Source of the DNA: a virus
Taxonomy: Duplodnaviria > Caudoviricetes
Length of the DNA: 64,000 nt
Virus record (IMG/VR): IMGVR_UViG_3300009709_000299
Coordinates: 6,716 to 70,715 of that record
Reading direction: 5' to 3' (one strand)
Under the pieces are notes generated by a model. It saw only the letters and a program-made list of their open reading frames with translations. It was not told where the DNA came from and made no database searches. Positions 10,195-19,889 of this stretch are shown in pieces; positions within the stretch are counted from its first letter, which is position 1; every line of letters starts with the position of its first letter. Made by a program: the position numbers and the translations under genes.

Positions 10195-12624
10195 TTAAAT
10201 AGGTTTTAATATGAAGTTTGTTTTAGATAAAATTTCTTTGTATATATTAATACGCTCTTTTGTTACATTTTTTATATCATATTTATCTTTTACAAAATTA
10301 TGTAAATTTTCTGCTAATTTTTCTCTAAGTTCAGGTTCTAAAATTAATCTTCTTATAGCTTGATACCATCCTTTTTCATTTTTATTAACTAATAAGGCTG
10401 TTTCTTCATTTTTTAATAATTCTTTATAAATTCCAAAATCTTGTGCAATTAAAGCCTTTTTTTTCATACCTGCTTCTATTATTTTTAATTCAGATTTTAC
10501 TTTATTAAAAATATTAGGTTGGTTTATAATTTGTCCATTAGGTTTTTTTACTTGATCTATTATATCTAAGGGAGCTAAGGCTACATCACAATAATCATAA
10601 TGTATTGCATATTTAGTTAAAGGTAATGTATTTCTTCTTACATAATTTTTTGTTAATACATTTGGATATTCACCAGATTGATAATTTTGTAACCATTTTG
10701 TATATTCAACATCATCTTTAATTCCTTGATAATTAGCAGATAATATTTTTTCAAAAGCATACCATACACTTTGTTGTGGTTTCATTTTAGTTTGAGTTTG
10801 ATGTCCATTTTCATCTATAGAAGTTAGAATTCCTCGAACATCAAATCCAGATAATATTACTTGATATTTATTTTTTAATTCTTCATTGTTATGAAGAAGA
10901 TTGAATGAATTTTCCATTAATTGTAGATCTTTTAAATGAGAATTTCCACACCATATAGTCTTACCATTTCTTCTAACAAAAATAATGTTATGAGGAACTT
11001 CAACACAATACACAAAACCGTTATATGATTCTTTAAAATGATCTTCTGATTTCAATAATGGATTTTTTCTGCTTCTGATGTCATCTGCATCAATGCTAAT
11101 AACATAAGCATCATGTTTTCCTATTACTTTTCTTCCATCTTTCATAATTGATTTTTTTAATCCTCTATTTGTAATAGTAGAAATTATTCCAAGTTTAAGG
11201 CATATTTCTTGAATATTATCAGCAAGTTTTTTAGAAACAGTATAACCTCTTTTTCTAGAAGTTTTAAAACTCCTAATTTCATTATATCTTTTGTCAAATC
11301 TAAAACTATCACTTTCTTGATGTCCATCACCTTTTAAAAACCAATCAAGAAATATTTTTAATTTTTCAATTGGAAGATTAAGTAATTCTTTTGGAATGAA
11401 TTTATCTTCTGCTTTACCAAATTGACTTAAATATGTCCATAATTGTTTATCAAATACTCTCAATTGTTTTTTATCTTTTGTTAAAGTGGGATTATATCCC
11501 ATTGATTTTAATGTAATAAACATTTCTTCAAGAAAACCATTATCTTTTATTTGTGTTATACCTACTTGATTTAATCCTTCTGTTTGAGTTGTCCATCCTT
11601 CAGCTATCCAAAAACCAAAAAATTTTAACCAATCATTCATATTTACTATTTTGTCTTTAGTATATTTTTGTAATCTTATATTTTTAACTACAACTTCACT
11701 ATCTTCATAATCTTCATCAATTTCATTATATAAAGCAGGAATTGTAAATTGATTATTATCAATTCCAATCCAACCAGACGTTTTTTTAAAATGTAAATTT
11801 TTATTATAAACTTCTTCTGATGGTATTAATTTAAAATTTAGTTCTTTTTTTGAAAGATCTGAAACTTCAGAAACATACATTTTATGATTTGGAGTTACAG
11901 CATAATCTATTAAATTGTTTTTTCCTCTATTTAAATCACCCACAAAATGTTCTTTTAAATAATTCTTAGGTATATGATATTCTAAGTTATTTGTTTCAGG
12001 GTTTAAACAAGCTACTTTTTCATTTTTTACAAGATCTTTAAATAATTTGAAACCATTTTCTGTTAAAATTTCTGTTTGATCATCATAGCAAGAACCACCT
12101 ATCCATGATATTCTGCAGCGTTGATCACCTTCAATTCTTGTATCATTATGTTTCCACATTTTATCTTCTCTATTTATAGCATTTGGAATAACATAAACAT
12201 TTGGATTATATTTTCTTATTTCTTCTGCAAATAATTCTGTTGTTGTAGTAACATAATCAACTTTTTTTAAAGTATCTAAAATTTTTTCTGGAAATTTTTC
12301 TTGTTTAATTAATAAATACATTGGATGTCCAAAAAATGGTTCCCAATAATCATCAATATCAGCTACTATTTTGATACCTAAGCTTCTAATTCTTGCAAAA
12401 TTAATATCTTCATGTTCCTTTGGACCTAATCCTCTATGAAAATGTATAATATCAAACTTTTTTAAATATTCAATATCTTCTAAGTTTGGATGTTGATTAA
12501 TTTCAACAGAAAATTCATCATTATAATATTTTTCTATAGCTTTTGCTGGATCTATTGAACGAAAATGTCCTACACCATGATTGTCAGACATTACCATAAG
12601 AATGCTGATTTTTTTATTTATCAT
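10195..12624 (-). CDS. GT-B (GT4-like) glycosyltransferase interrupted by an intein (about 426 aa after splicing)
   Basis: N-extein GVGHFRSIDP...VADIDDYW...PNAI...WIGGS; C-extein SHLKDL...DVALAPL...NKVKSELKIIEAG...ALIAQD, typical GT4 C-terminal motifs. Confidence 0.88.
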   Translation of the reverse strand: MINKKISILMVMSDNHGVGHFRSIDPAKAIEKYYNDEFSVEINQHPNLEDIEYLKKFDIIHFHRGLGPKEHEDINFARIRSLGIKIVADIDDYWEPFFGHPMYLLIKQEKFPEKILDTLKKVDYVTTTTELFAEEIRKYNPNVYVIPNAINREDKMWKHNDTRIEGDQRCRISWIGGSCYDDQTEILTENGFKLFKDLVKNEKVACLNPETNNLEYHIPKNYLKEHFVGDLNRGKNNLIDYAVTPNHKMYVSEVSDLSKKELNFKLIPSEEVYNKNLHFKKTSGWIGIDNNQFTIPALYNEIDEDYEDSEVVVKNIRLQKYTKDKIVNMNDWLKFFGFWIAEGWTTQTEGLNQVGITQIKDNGFLEEMFITLKSMGYNPTLTKDKKQLRVFDKQLWTYLSQFGKAEDKFIPKELLNLPIEKLKIFLDWFLKGDGHQESDSFRFDKRYNEIRSFKTSRKRGYTVSKKLADNIQEICLKLGIISTITNRGLKKSIMKDGRKVIGKHDAYVISIDADDIRSRKNPLLKSEDHFKESYNGFVYCVEVPHNIIFVRRNGKTIWCGNSHLKDLQLMENSFNLLHNNEELKNKYQVILSGFDVRGILTSIDENGHQTQTKMKPQQSVWYAFEKILSANYQGIKDDVEYTKWLQNYQSGEYPNVLTKNYVRRNTLPLTKYAIHYDYCDVALAPLDIIDQVKKPNGQIINQPNIFNKVKSELKIIEAGMKKKALIAQDFGIYKELLKNEETALLVNKNEKGWYQAIRRLILEPELREKLAENLHNFVKDKYDIKNVTKERINIYKEILSKTNFILKPI
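10942..12090 (-). mobile_element. Intein with LAGLIDADG homing endonuclease (383 aa)
   Basis: Block A CYDDQTEILTENG, block B VTPNHKMYV, LAGLIDADG-like FFGFWIAEG and FLDWFLKGDG, blocks F/G VYCVEVPHN...IWCGN followed by +1 Ser. Confidence 0.92.
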
Positions 12625-12717
12625 TTAATTATATTTATTTTTTATTAAATTAAAAGTAATTGAATAAAAAATAAATATAAAATTATAAAATATATAATAT
12701 TTTTTATTCAATGTTTA

Positions 12718-13344
12718 TTATTTATTTTTTTGTATGAAATTTTTCATAGAATTTTCTACAAATTTTGATTTATTTATAGCTAATTCATCAGCTAATTCAT
12801 TAAATTCATTAATAATATTATCAGAAATAGTAAAAGTAACAGTTCTTTTTTTATTTAAATTACTACCTATCATTCTAAATTCAAACATATTTTTTATATC
12901 ATAATTATCTATATGATTACTTATTAGTTTTATTGAATAAATGTATAAATGATCAAATAATATTTTTGATTCTGTATTAAATTCTAAATTATAATTTGAT
13001 GTGTGTAAGGTTTTGTATATTTCATCATTAACTTCATCATCTTCTTTATAAATTTTTCCATTTTGAGTATTAATGTTAAATACAGGCGTATTAACAATTG
13101 TCATAGATTTATAATCTTTACTAAAATATTCTTGTATAATACTATAATGTGTCAATAATTCAGCACCTGTTAATCTATTATTTTCTTTTTTAAGAAGCCA
13201 ATAAGCTAATATCCTTTCTATTTTATTAGAAGTTAGTATTGTTTTTGAAATTTTTTCTTTTTTACTTTCTTGAAATAAGAAATTATCAAATTTCTCCATA
13301 CCATCTATTTGAGATAGTGGTGATTCTGTTTCTTCTGTTTTCAT
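12718..13344 (-). CDS. Protein with C-terminal ribbon-helix-helix (CopG/MetJ-like) domain
   Basis: C-terminus KKRTVTFTISDNIINEFNELADELAINKSKFVENSMKNFI fits the RHH pattern; late motif at 13361-13368. Confidence 0.6.
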   Translation of the reverse strand: MKTEETESPLSQIDGMEKFDNFLFQESKKEKISKTILTSNKIERILAYWLLKKENNRLTGAELLTHYSIIQEYFSKDYKSMTIVNTPVFNINTQNGKIYKEDDEVNDEIYKTLHTSNYNLEFNTESKILFDHLYIYSIKLISNHIDNYDIKNMFEFRMIGSNLNKKRTVTFTISDNIINEFNELADELAINKSKFVENSMKNFIQKNK

Positions 13345-13461
13345 GTTTTTTTATTTAAAATATAAATAATAATTTATAAATATAAATAGTTATTATTTTA
13401 AATAAAAAAAGCATATTTTTTATAAAAACATGCTTTTAAAAAATGATTACAATTAATATAT

Positions 13462-13737
13462 TTAACCAATATATGATTTTGAATCTTCTTTTATTTTTTC
13501 TATTGTACCTTTTTCATATTGATCACCTAAATTTAGATTAAAATATGAATTATCAAAATTATCTTCAATATTTATATAACCTCTTCTAACTTGTGCATCT
13601 AATTGAGCTGTAATTTGTGGTAAAGCTATTACAAATTTATTAGGTTCTAAAAAGAGACCTATAGTTCTTGTATTAGCTACTCTAACTGTAATTTTAACAT
13701 TTACATTTGATTTGTTTTCTATTTTCCAATAACTCAT
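13462..13737 (-). CDS. Hypothetical protein
   Basis: 91-aa ORF with an A-rich leader, followed by a hairpin at 13407-13437. Confidence 0.65.
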   Translation of the reverse strand: MSYWKIENKSNVNVKITVRVANTRTIGLFLEPNKFVIALPQITAQLDAQVRRGYINIEDNFDNSYFNLNLGDQYEKGTIEKIKEDSKSYIG

Positions 13738-13784
13738 ATTTTTTTATTTTTAATTTAATTACTTTTTTTATAAACTTAAATAGA

Positions 13785-14696
13785 TTATTTAATAATGTGA
13801 CATTTTATATTAGATATTATATTAGTTGGTAAAAAATATTCTTTACCTTCTAATACCCAAACTTGAACTTCTTCATTTTTTGTTTTTAATATAGCTTTAC
13901 CTTTTCCTGTTTTTACAGATTCTTTAAGTTCTTCAGGAGTATCAATTTTCATATATTTTTTGTCATTTGTAAATATTTCTCTGATTTTAAGATCAGAATT
14001 ATTTATGTTGGATTCATTTATAGAAGAATTTACTATATTATTAGTATTTTTTTGTTGTATTAAATCTTTTATATATGTTTTTATCTTATTTTCTAATTCA
14101 CTATTAATTTCTGACTCTGACTCTGATTCTAAATCATGATCTATTATTTTTATTGGAACATCTTTTTCAAATGGTTCTATTTGAAAACCGAAGTTGTTAA
14201 CATTTGGTTCTTCTTGAATATTTTCTATATATTGTGAAATACCATTAGTATAATCAAAATTAATTTCTCCTATTTTTATTAACTTAGCTATGTATACTTC
14301 TGCTCTTTTTTTGCCATCTTCCGTCCATGAATTGTGAATTGATTTTTTATTATCAGGATTTGAAACTAATCTAAAAGATCTATTTGATAAATTTTCACCA
14401 CCTACACTTAATTCATTTCTATCAAATACAATAAACTTTTCAGGTTCTATTTTATCTAGAAATGATGGTAATGAAGGTATATAATTTGAATCTTTTTCTA
14501 TACTTATAATAGTATTTTGATCAGTTTCAGGTTGTTTTTCCAAATTTATTTCTTCCACTAATTTATTTTCTTCTTCTATTTTTTTTAAAATACTTTTTTT
14601 TAATTCATTCATCATTTGTTCATCAAAAGCATTATTTAATCCCATATCTTTTATTTTAGTAGAAATAAAAGTAGAAAGTTCTTCTTGATTTTTCAT
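13785..14696 (-). CDS. Hypothetical late protein (start revised to ATG 14696, MKNQEEL)
   Basis: The longer start at 14873 overlaps PhoH on the opposite strand; the late motif at 14717-14725 sits just upstream of 14696. Confidence 0.7.
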   Translation of the reverse strand: MKNQEELSTFISTKIKDMGLNNAFDEQMMNELKKSILKKIEEENKLVEEINLEKQPETDQNTIISIEKDSNYIPSLPSFLDKIEPEKFIVFDRNELSVGGENLSNRSFRLVSNPDNKKSIHNSWTEDGKKRAEVYIAKLIKIGEINFDYTNGISQYIENIQEEPNVNNFGFQIEPFEKDVPIKIIDHDLESESESEINSELENKIKTYIKDLIQQKNTNNIVNSSINESNINNSDLKIREIFTNDKKYMKIDTPEELKESVKTGKGKAILKTKNEEVQVWVLEGKEYFLPTNIISNIKCHIIK

Positions 14697-14716
14697 TTTT
14701 TTTATAGTGTGTTTGT

Positions 14717-14729
14717 TATAAATATTTAT
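14717..14729. promoter_or_regulatory. Overlapping back-to-back late motifs (TATAAATATTTAT) serving divergent genes
   Basis: Reads ATATTTATA on the minus strand (gene at 14696) and ATATTTAT on the plus strand (PhoH at 14770). Confidence 0.55.
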
Positions 14730-14769
14730 TTTTTTATTAAAATTTATAATTTTAATAAAAAACAAAAAT

Positions 14770-15537
14770 ATGTCCAAAGGAAAAAGAAGTAATAATAAAA
14801 GACTTTCTAAAGAAGAAATAGAAGAATTGGAAGTAATAGAAATAGATAAATCTATGCAAGATTTGTCAGCCAAAGTTCAAAATGAACAAATACAATTTAA
14901 ACCAGGCACAGATTTTAAAACTGAAAGTCAAAAGAAACTATATAGAAAAATAAAAGAAAATCAAATGATTTTTATACATGGTCCTGCAGGTTCTGGTAAA
15001 ACATTTACAGCATTAAGAGCTGCATTGGAAATTATGAAAAATGATAATAATATAAATGAAATTTTAATAACTAAACCAATAATTGAAGCTGGTGAAGAAC
15101 ATATTGGATTTTTAAAAGGTGATTTATTGGAAAAAACGCAGCCTTATATGAAATCTTTTTATTCTACTATGGAAAAATTGATTGGTAAAGCCACCACTAA
15201 TATGTTAAAAACACGTGAATATGTAAAAGAAGAACCTATTGCATATATGAGAGGTAGTACATTCGATAATTGTATTTGTATTATAGATGAAGCTCAGAAT
15301 ACTACAGTAACAGGCTTGAAATTAATTATTTCAAGACTTGGACAAAATGCTAAAATGATTATAATGGGAGATACAGACCAAGTAGATATAAAAATTAAAG
15401 AAACAGATAAAACAGGTTTACAGGATGCTTTTGAGCGTTTTAAAGGAATAAAAGGAATTTCGTTTCATGAATTTTCTGAAGATGATATTGTTAGAAATAG
15501 TTTATTAATTGATATTATGAAACGATATAAAAAATAA
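14770..15537 (+). CDS. phoH: PhoH family ATPase
   Basis: Walker A GPAGSGKT, YMRGSTF, Walker B IIDEAQN, GDTDQVD. Confidence 0.93.
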   Translation: MSKGKRSNNKRLSKEEIEELEVIEIDKSMQDLSAKVQNEQIQFKPGTDFKTESQKKLYRKIKENQMIFIHGPAGSGKTFTALRAALEIMKNDNNINEILITKPIIEAGEEHIGFLKGDLLEKTQPYMKSFYSTMEKLIGKATTNMLKTREYVKEEPIAYMRGSTFDNCICIIDEAQNTTVTGLKLIISRLGQNAKMIIMGDTDQVDIKIKETDKTGLQDAFERFKGIKGISFHEFSEDDIVRNSLLIDIMKRYKK

Positions 15538-15571
15538 ATAAAATTTTTATATATTTATAATAAAAGTAGAT

Positions 15572-15769
15572 ATGGAAAATAGATCAAATGGTTTAATAGA
15601 TCCTAATAAAATCAATCAAATGTTTCAACAAAAACATCAAGTAAAAGAAGTCCGTTTTAAAAAAGATGGTCTTATGGAACGAATAAATGGAAAAACTATG
15701 ACTGATGATGGTCGTGAGCTTTTAAAAGAAAATGATATAGAAGGATTAAATATACCTGGAATACTGTAA
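15572..15769 (+). CDS. Small hypothetical late protein
   Basis: 65 aa; late motif ATATTTATA at 15551-15559; followed by a terminator. Confidence 0.65.
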   Translation: MENRSNGLIDPNKINQMFQQKHQVKEVRFKKDGLMERINGKTMTDDGRELLKENDIEGLNIPGIL

Positions 15770-15790
15770 TTTTAATCTTACATTATTATT

Positions 15791-15857
15791 AAAAAACTCA
15801 TAATTAATTTATGAGTTTTTTTTATATATAAAAAAAGCGGATTTTATCCGCTTTTTT
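15791..15857. terminator. Two tandem hairpin terminators between convergent genes
   Basis: AAAAAACTCATAA/TTATGAGTTTTTT (15791-15821) and AAAAAAGCGGAT/ATCCGCTTTTTT (15831-15857). Confidence 0.8.
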
Positions 15858-15858
15858 C

Positions 15859-16641
15859 TTATCTATACTTTTCTATATCTATTAACATTTTCATTCTAAA
15901 AAATGTTTCTTGTAATGATTTGGATGTTGTTTCTTGTATAGTATTTACAATTTCATTTGCATCATCCTTATCCATTTTTTCACATAAATCTTTAGTTATT
16001 TCATCAATCATATCATTTGTTGACCATGAAATATCTGATTTTTTTATCATTTTAGGAATAGGTTCTCCAAAATTAGAATCTTCATCATCCATGTCAATTT
16101 CTAAATCTTGATCAATATTATCTTCCCATTCTTTTTTTATGTCTGAAAATATTTCATCCATTTCTATTGTAATTTCACTTTCATTATCCTCAGTAATTGA
16201 ACTACCTTTAACTATAAATAAAGGTTCTTTTTTACCATCACAATTTGTATCAGGACCTGCAATAACTTCTTCTAAATCATCTTTATCAAGATTTTCATAA
16301 TATTTTAATGAATCAAATAAATCTGTAGCCCAATATACATCTCCATTATTTACTTTAATTCCATCACCATGATCTAAACATGAATTAAGAAATTCTTCTA
16401 ATTTTTCATCTTCTTTAGATAAATTATAAAAATCAAAATCACCAAAAATATCTAGTGGTAATTGATAAATTTTGTCACCAAATTCATCTTCTTCAAATTT
16501 ATATGGTGAACAATTTTCACTATTTTCACTGATTTTTTTTAATTCATTTTCAATTATTTTTTGTTCATGAATTAATTGTTGTTTGGTAACAAATTCATCA
16601 AATTTTTCAAAAATTTCTGTTCCAAATATATTTTTTTTCAT
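15859..16641 (-). CDS. Acidic hypothetical protein, possible internal head protein
   Basis: 260 aa, D/E-rich; in a late operon with 16648-17028. Confidence 0.6.
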   Translation of the reverse strand: MKKNIFGTEIFEKFDEFVTKQQLIHEQKIIENELKKISENSENCSPYKFEEDEFGDKIYQLPLDIFGDFDFYNLSKEDEKLEEFLNSCLDHGDGIKVNNGDVYWATDLFDSLKYYENLDKDDLEEVIAGPDTNCDGKKEPLFIVKGSSITEDNESEITIEMDEIFSDIKKEWEDNIDQDLEIDMDDEDSNFGEPIPKMIKKSDISWSTNDMIDEITKDLCEKMDKDDANEIVNTIQETTSKSLQETFFRMKMLIDIEKYR

Positions 16642-16647
16642 TATTTT

Positions 16648-17028
16648 TTATTTTTTTAAATTTTCATTCTCTTTTTTAAGAGCTTCATTTTCTGATTTTA
16701 ATTTTTTAACTTCATCAATTAAATCTTCATTTAAAACATTATCTTGATTTTGTTTTTGCATTTCTGATTGTATTTCAGCCCCTAATTCGCTTAGTCTAGC
16801 AAAATAAAAATCATTTTTAAAGCCAGTCTTACTTTTATTAGAGGCACTTTCAGGACTAGAAAATCCAAATGAACCAGTCATACCTTGATAACTTTCTTCT
16901 AAAGTTTTTAATTCGTTTTCTAATTCTAATGCTTTATCTGCTATTTCCTTTCTTTCTTTTAGATATACAGCTGTTTTAAAAATTATTTCTTTTATATTTT
17001 CAGCAGTTATTGTTTTATTTTTAGACAT
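16648..17028 (-). CDS. Coiled-coil hypothetical late protein
   Basis: 126 aa; late motif CTATTTAT at 17045-17052. Confidence 0.65.
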   Translation of the reverse strand: MSKNKTITAENIKEIIFKTAVYLKERKEIADKALELENELKTLEESYQGMTGSFGFSSPESASNKSKTGFKNDFYFARLSELGAEIQSEMQKQNQDNVLNEDLIDEVKKLKSENEALKKENENLKK

Positions 17029-17101
17029 GTTCTTATTTTTTAAAATAAATAGATTAAAAAAAATGATATTCTTATTACTTATTTTTATGATACTTTATTA
17101 T

Positions 17102-17109
17102 TATATTTG
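17102..17109 (+). promoter_or_regulatory. Bacteroidota-type -7 element (TATATTTG) at the head of the glycan operon
   Basis: TAnnTTTG match 5 nt before ATG 17115. Confidence 0.4.
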
Positions 17110-17114
17110 CAAAT

Positions 17115-17888
17115 ATGGAAGATAATCATTTTGTTATAATAAGCCCATTTTATAATGCAGGTTCTTTTTTAGAAGGTTGTGTTAATTCTATTTTAACTCA
17201 AAAATACAGCAATTTTAAAGTTATTTTTATTGATGATGCATCTACAGATGGTTGTACTGATGTTGAATGGTTTAAAAATTTAAAATTTGACTCAAGGGTT
17301 ATTTCAATTAAAAATTCTGTTAATTTAACAGCATTAGAAAATATTCATAATTGTATTATGAATTATTGTAATCCTAATGATATAGTCTGTTTAGTAGATG
17401 GAGATGATAAATTATCTAATAGAAATGTTTTATCTCATTTAAATGAAGAATATAAAAAATATGATCCTTGGTGTTTATATGGTTCTAGTAAATGGTCTGA
17501 TGGTAGAAGTTGTATCTCTAGACCTTATACAGAAAATGATTTTAAAAATAATATACGATTAGCACCTTTAAAAATATCTCATTTAAGAACATTTCGTGCA
17601 TCTTTTTATCAAAAAATAAAAGAACAAGATCCAAATTTTTCTTGTATGAAGGATAAAGATGGCAAATTTTATCGTATAGCTTATGATGCTGTCATGTTTT
17701 TAAATATGTTTGATATGGTTAAACCAGAAAATTTTAATAAAATTAAACATAATAGTAGTATTCTTTATCTCTATAATAGAGAAAATCCTATAAGTGATGA
17801 TAAAATCAATCAATATGGACAAACAAATACCCATATAGAAGTGGCTAAAAAGAATAGAATGAAAAAAATTGATAATATTAATTTATAA
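17115..17888 (+). CDS. Glycosyltransferase family 2
   Basis: IISPFYNAG, FIDDASTDG and VDGDD (DxD) motifs. Confidence 0.88.
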   Translation: MEDNHFVIISPFYNAGSFLEGCVNSILTQKYSNFKVIFIDDASTDGCTDVEWFKNLKFDSRVISIKNSVNLTALENIHNCIMNYCNPNDIVCLVDGDDKLSNRNVLSHLNEEYKKYDPWCLYGSSKWSDGRSCISRPYTENDFKNNIRLAPLKISHLRTFRASFYQKIKEQDPNFSCMKDKDGKFYRIAYDAVMFLNMFDMVKPENFNKIKHNSSILYLYNRENPISDDKINQYGQTNTHIEVAKKNRMKKIDNINL

Positions 17889-17891
17889 TTT

Positions 17892-18131
17892 ATGTATAAT
17901 ACATTATGTCCTTCTTGTAAAAGAGAAATTCATTTTGAATATAAACGTTGGAATTTAAAAATGCAATGTTCTAATTGTAAATCATATTTATTATTTGATT
18001 TTGATATGATATATGATCAAGAATTAAATGAAGAATTTGATGTTCCTACTATGATTTTATTAAAAGATTATCAAGAATTTTTAACCCATGAATTTACACA
18101 ACAAATAGAATGTAATTTAGGTAATTTATGA
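17892..18131 (+). CDS. Small zinc-ribbon protein
   Basis: CPSC...CSNC pair in 79 aa. Confidence 0.6.
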   Translation: MYNTLCPSCKREIHFEYKRWNLKMQCSNCKSYLLFDFDMIYDQELNEEFDVPTMILLKDYQEFLTHEFTQQIECNLGNL

Positions 18132-18850
18132 ATATAATTACAATAATAGTAAATCATAATAATAATGATAATGCAATCAATTTAAAAAATATTTTCTCTA
18201 AATTTGGAAATTGTTTTTTAATAGATTCTGGTTCTAATATTATTTTAGATGAATTTGATTACACATTGGAAAATGTGGGATATTCAGGTCTTTTTAATAG
18301 ATCAGTGGAATTATTTTTTGAAAAAGGTGGAGATATTCTTAATTTTATTTGTTCTGATGTAATTATAAATAAAAAAGAAGCAGAGAAATTAATTAATACT
18401 TTAACGAACCTAACTGAAGATGATAATATTGGAGTATATTCACCTTCTTCTTCTGGTCAAAGTCATAAACATTGTAAAAATTATAATTCTAATTCTTTAA
18501 GAGATGTTGTTTTTGTAGAAGGTTTTATGTTTGCTGCAAAAAAAGAAATATTAGAAGAAATATATCCAGTTGATACAAAAATCAATAGTTTAGGACATGG
18601 TTTAGATGCTTATAAAGGATTTTTATGTTTAAAAAAACATATGAGATGTGTAATTGATGATAATGTTAAAGTTTTTCATCCTCCAGGAACAGGATATAAT
18701 ACTAATTTAGCATCTATCCAATTTATAAATTGGATGAAACAAGCTTCTATGAAAGATTTTATGAAATTTTGGTATGATTATTCAGAGAAAAATTTTGCAG
18801 ATTCAGAAAAAACATTAATGGAATATAATTATAATAAAAAAATGAATTAA
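18128..18850 (+). CDS. Divergent GT2-like (GT-A) glycosyltransferase
   Basis: IIVNHNN, LIDSGS, NVGYSG, ICSDV and VIDDNVKVFH pattern; ATGA overlap with the upstream gene. Confidence 0.6.
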   Translation: MNIITIIVNHNNNDNAINLKNIFSKFGNCFLIDSGSNIILDEFDYTLENVGYSGLFNRSVELFFEKGGDILNFICSDVIINKKEAEKLINTLTNLTEDDNIGVYSPSSSGQSHKHCKNYNSNSLRDVVFVEGFMFAAKKEILEEIYPVDTKINSLGHGLDAYKGFLCLKKHMRCVIDDNVKVFHPPGTGYNTNLASIQFINWMKQASMKDFMKFWYDYSEKNFADSEKTLMEYNYNKKMN

Positions 18851-18862
18851 TGAGATTTATTT

Positions 18863-19264
18863 ATGATAGAAAACAAATTTATTTTAAAAAAATATAACAC
18901 TATTGATGATATAATTTTATCGCCATATCATGATGGTGATATAAATAAAGAAGATATAGATGGACTTGTTGGTTTTGATTTAGAAGGAAATGAACACGAA
19001 TTTTCTTTTGAAGAATATAAAAACTATTTGATACAACAAGGATATTGGGGATGGGTTGATAATAATAATGTAATTCATTATTGGGTTGGAAATCCTGATG
19101 TTTCTATAGAAGAGTTATTATTTTTCTTTGGTCATGAAATTGGTCATCGAATAGGTGAGCCGTTAGAAAATGAAGTGGAAGAAGAAAAGAGAGCTAATGA
19201 ATATGGACTTGTTGCTGAATTAGCATATAAATTTGCAACTCTAGAAAAAAATAATATCAAATGA
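18863..19264 (+). CDS. HExxH metallopeptidase-like protein (ImmA/IrrE-like)
   Basis: FFFGHEIGHRIG followed by EEEKRANEY. Confidence 0.55.
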   Translation: MIENKFILKKYNTIDDIILSPYHDGDINKEDIDGLVGFDLEGNEHEFSFEEYKNYLIQQGYWGWVDNNNVIHYWVGNPDVSIEELLFFFGHEIGHRIGEPLENEVEEEKRANEYGLVAELAYKFATLEKNNIK

Positions 19265-19878
19265 TATCAGTAATAATGGCCTCATATCTTGGATACTATC
19301 CAGGAGCAGCTACAAATAGAGAAAAAAAATTTATAAGAGCAGTAGATTCTTTTTTAACACAAAATTTTGAATCAAAAGAGTTAATTATAGTTTCTGATTG
19401 TTGTGATATTACTGAAAAATTATATCAAGAATATTATAAACAGTATAATAATATTATTTTCTTTAAATTAAAGAAAAAACAAGCTCCATTTTCTGGTTCT
19501 ATTAGAACATGTGGACTATCACTAGCAAATGGAGATAAAATCTGTTATTTAGATACAGATGATTTTTTTGGTGAAGATCATTTAAAAAATATTAATAATC
19601 AATTTACAGATGATGTAAAGTGGGTTTTTTATGATGATTACTTGGTAAGTAATTTTATAGATTTAAATAATTTTTCTAATTCAATTAGAATTAATGAAAT
19701 TATAGAAACGAGAATAGGAACATCAACAATTTGTCATTTAAATTCTATAAATGAAACTTGGGATGATGGTTATGGACATGATTGGAAATTTGTAACTAAA
19801 TTGGTTAAATATCCATTTAAAAAAATAATTAATACATCATATAATGTATGTCATATTCCAAATCAAATTGATGTTTAA
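19261..19878 (+). CDS. Glycosyltransferase family 2
   Basis: ISVIMASY, LIIVSD, YLDTDD and YGHDW motifs. Confidence 0.85.
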   Translation: MISVIMASYLGYYPGAATNREKKFIRAVDSFLTQNFESKELIIVSDCCDITEKLYQEYYKQYNNIIFFKLKKKQAPFSGSIRTCGLSLANGDKICYLDTDDFFGEDHLKNINNQFTDDVKWVFYDDYLVSNFIDLNNFSNSIRINEIIETRIGTSTICHLNSINETWDDGYGHDWKFVTKLVKYPFKKIINTSYNVCHIPNQIDV

Positions 19879-19889
19879 AATGATGTTAA

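Noticed and set aside
14697-14873. N-terminal extension of the 362-aa ORF
   Set aside because: Overlaps PhoH and the shared promoter region; low-complexity hydrophobic translation; ATG 14696 fits the late motif.
17892-18131. LysW-like carrier protein partnering the ATP-grasp enzyme
   Set aside because: It has a zinc ribbon but lacks the C-terminal EDWGE-type acceptor motif, and it lies 32 kb from the ligase.
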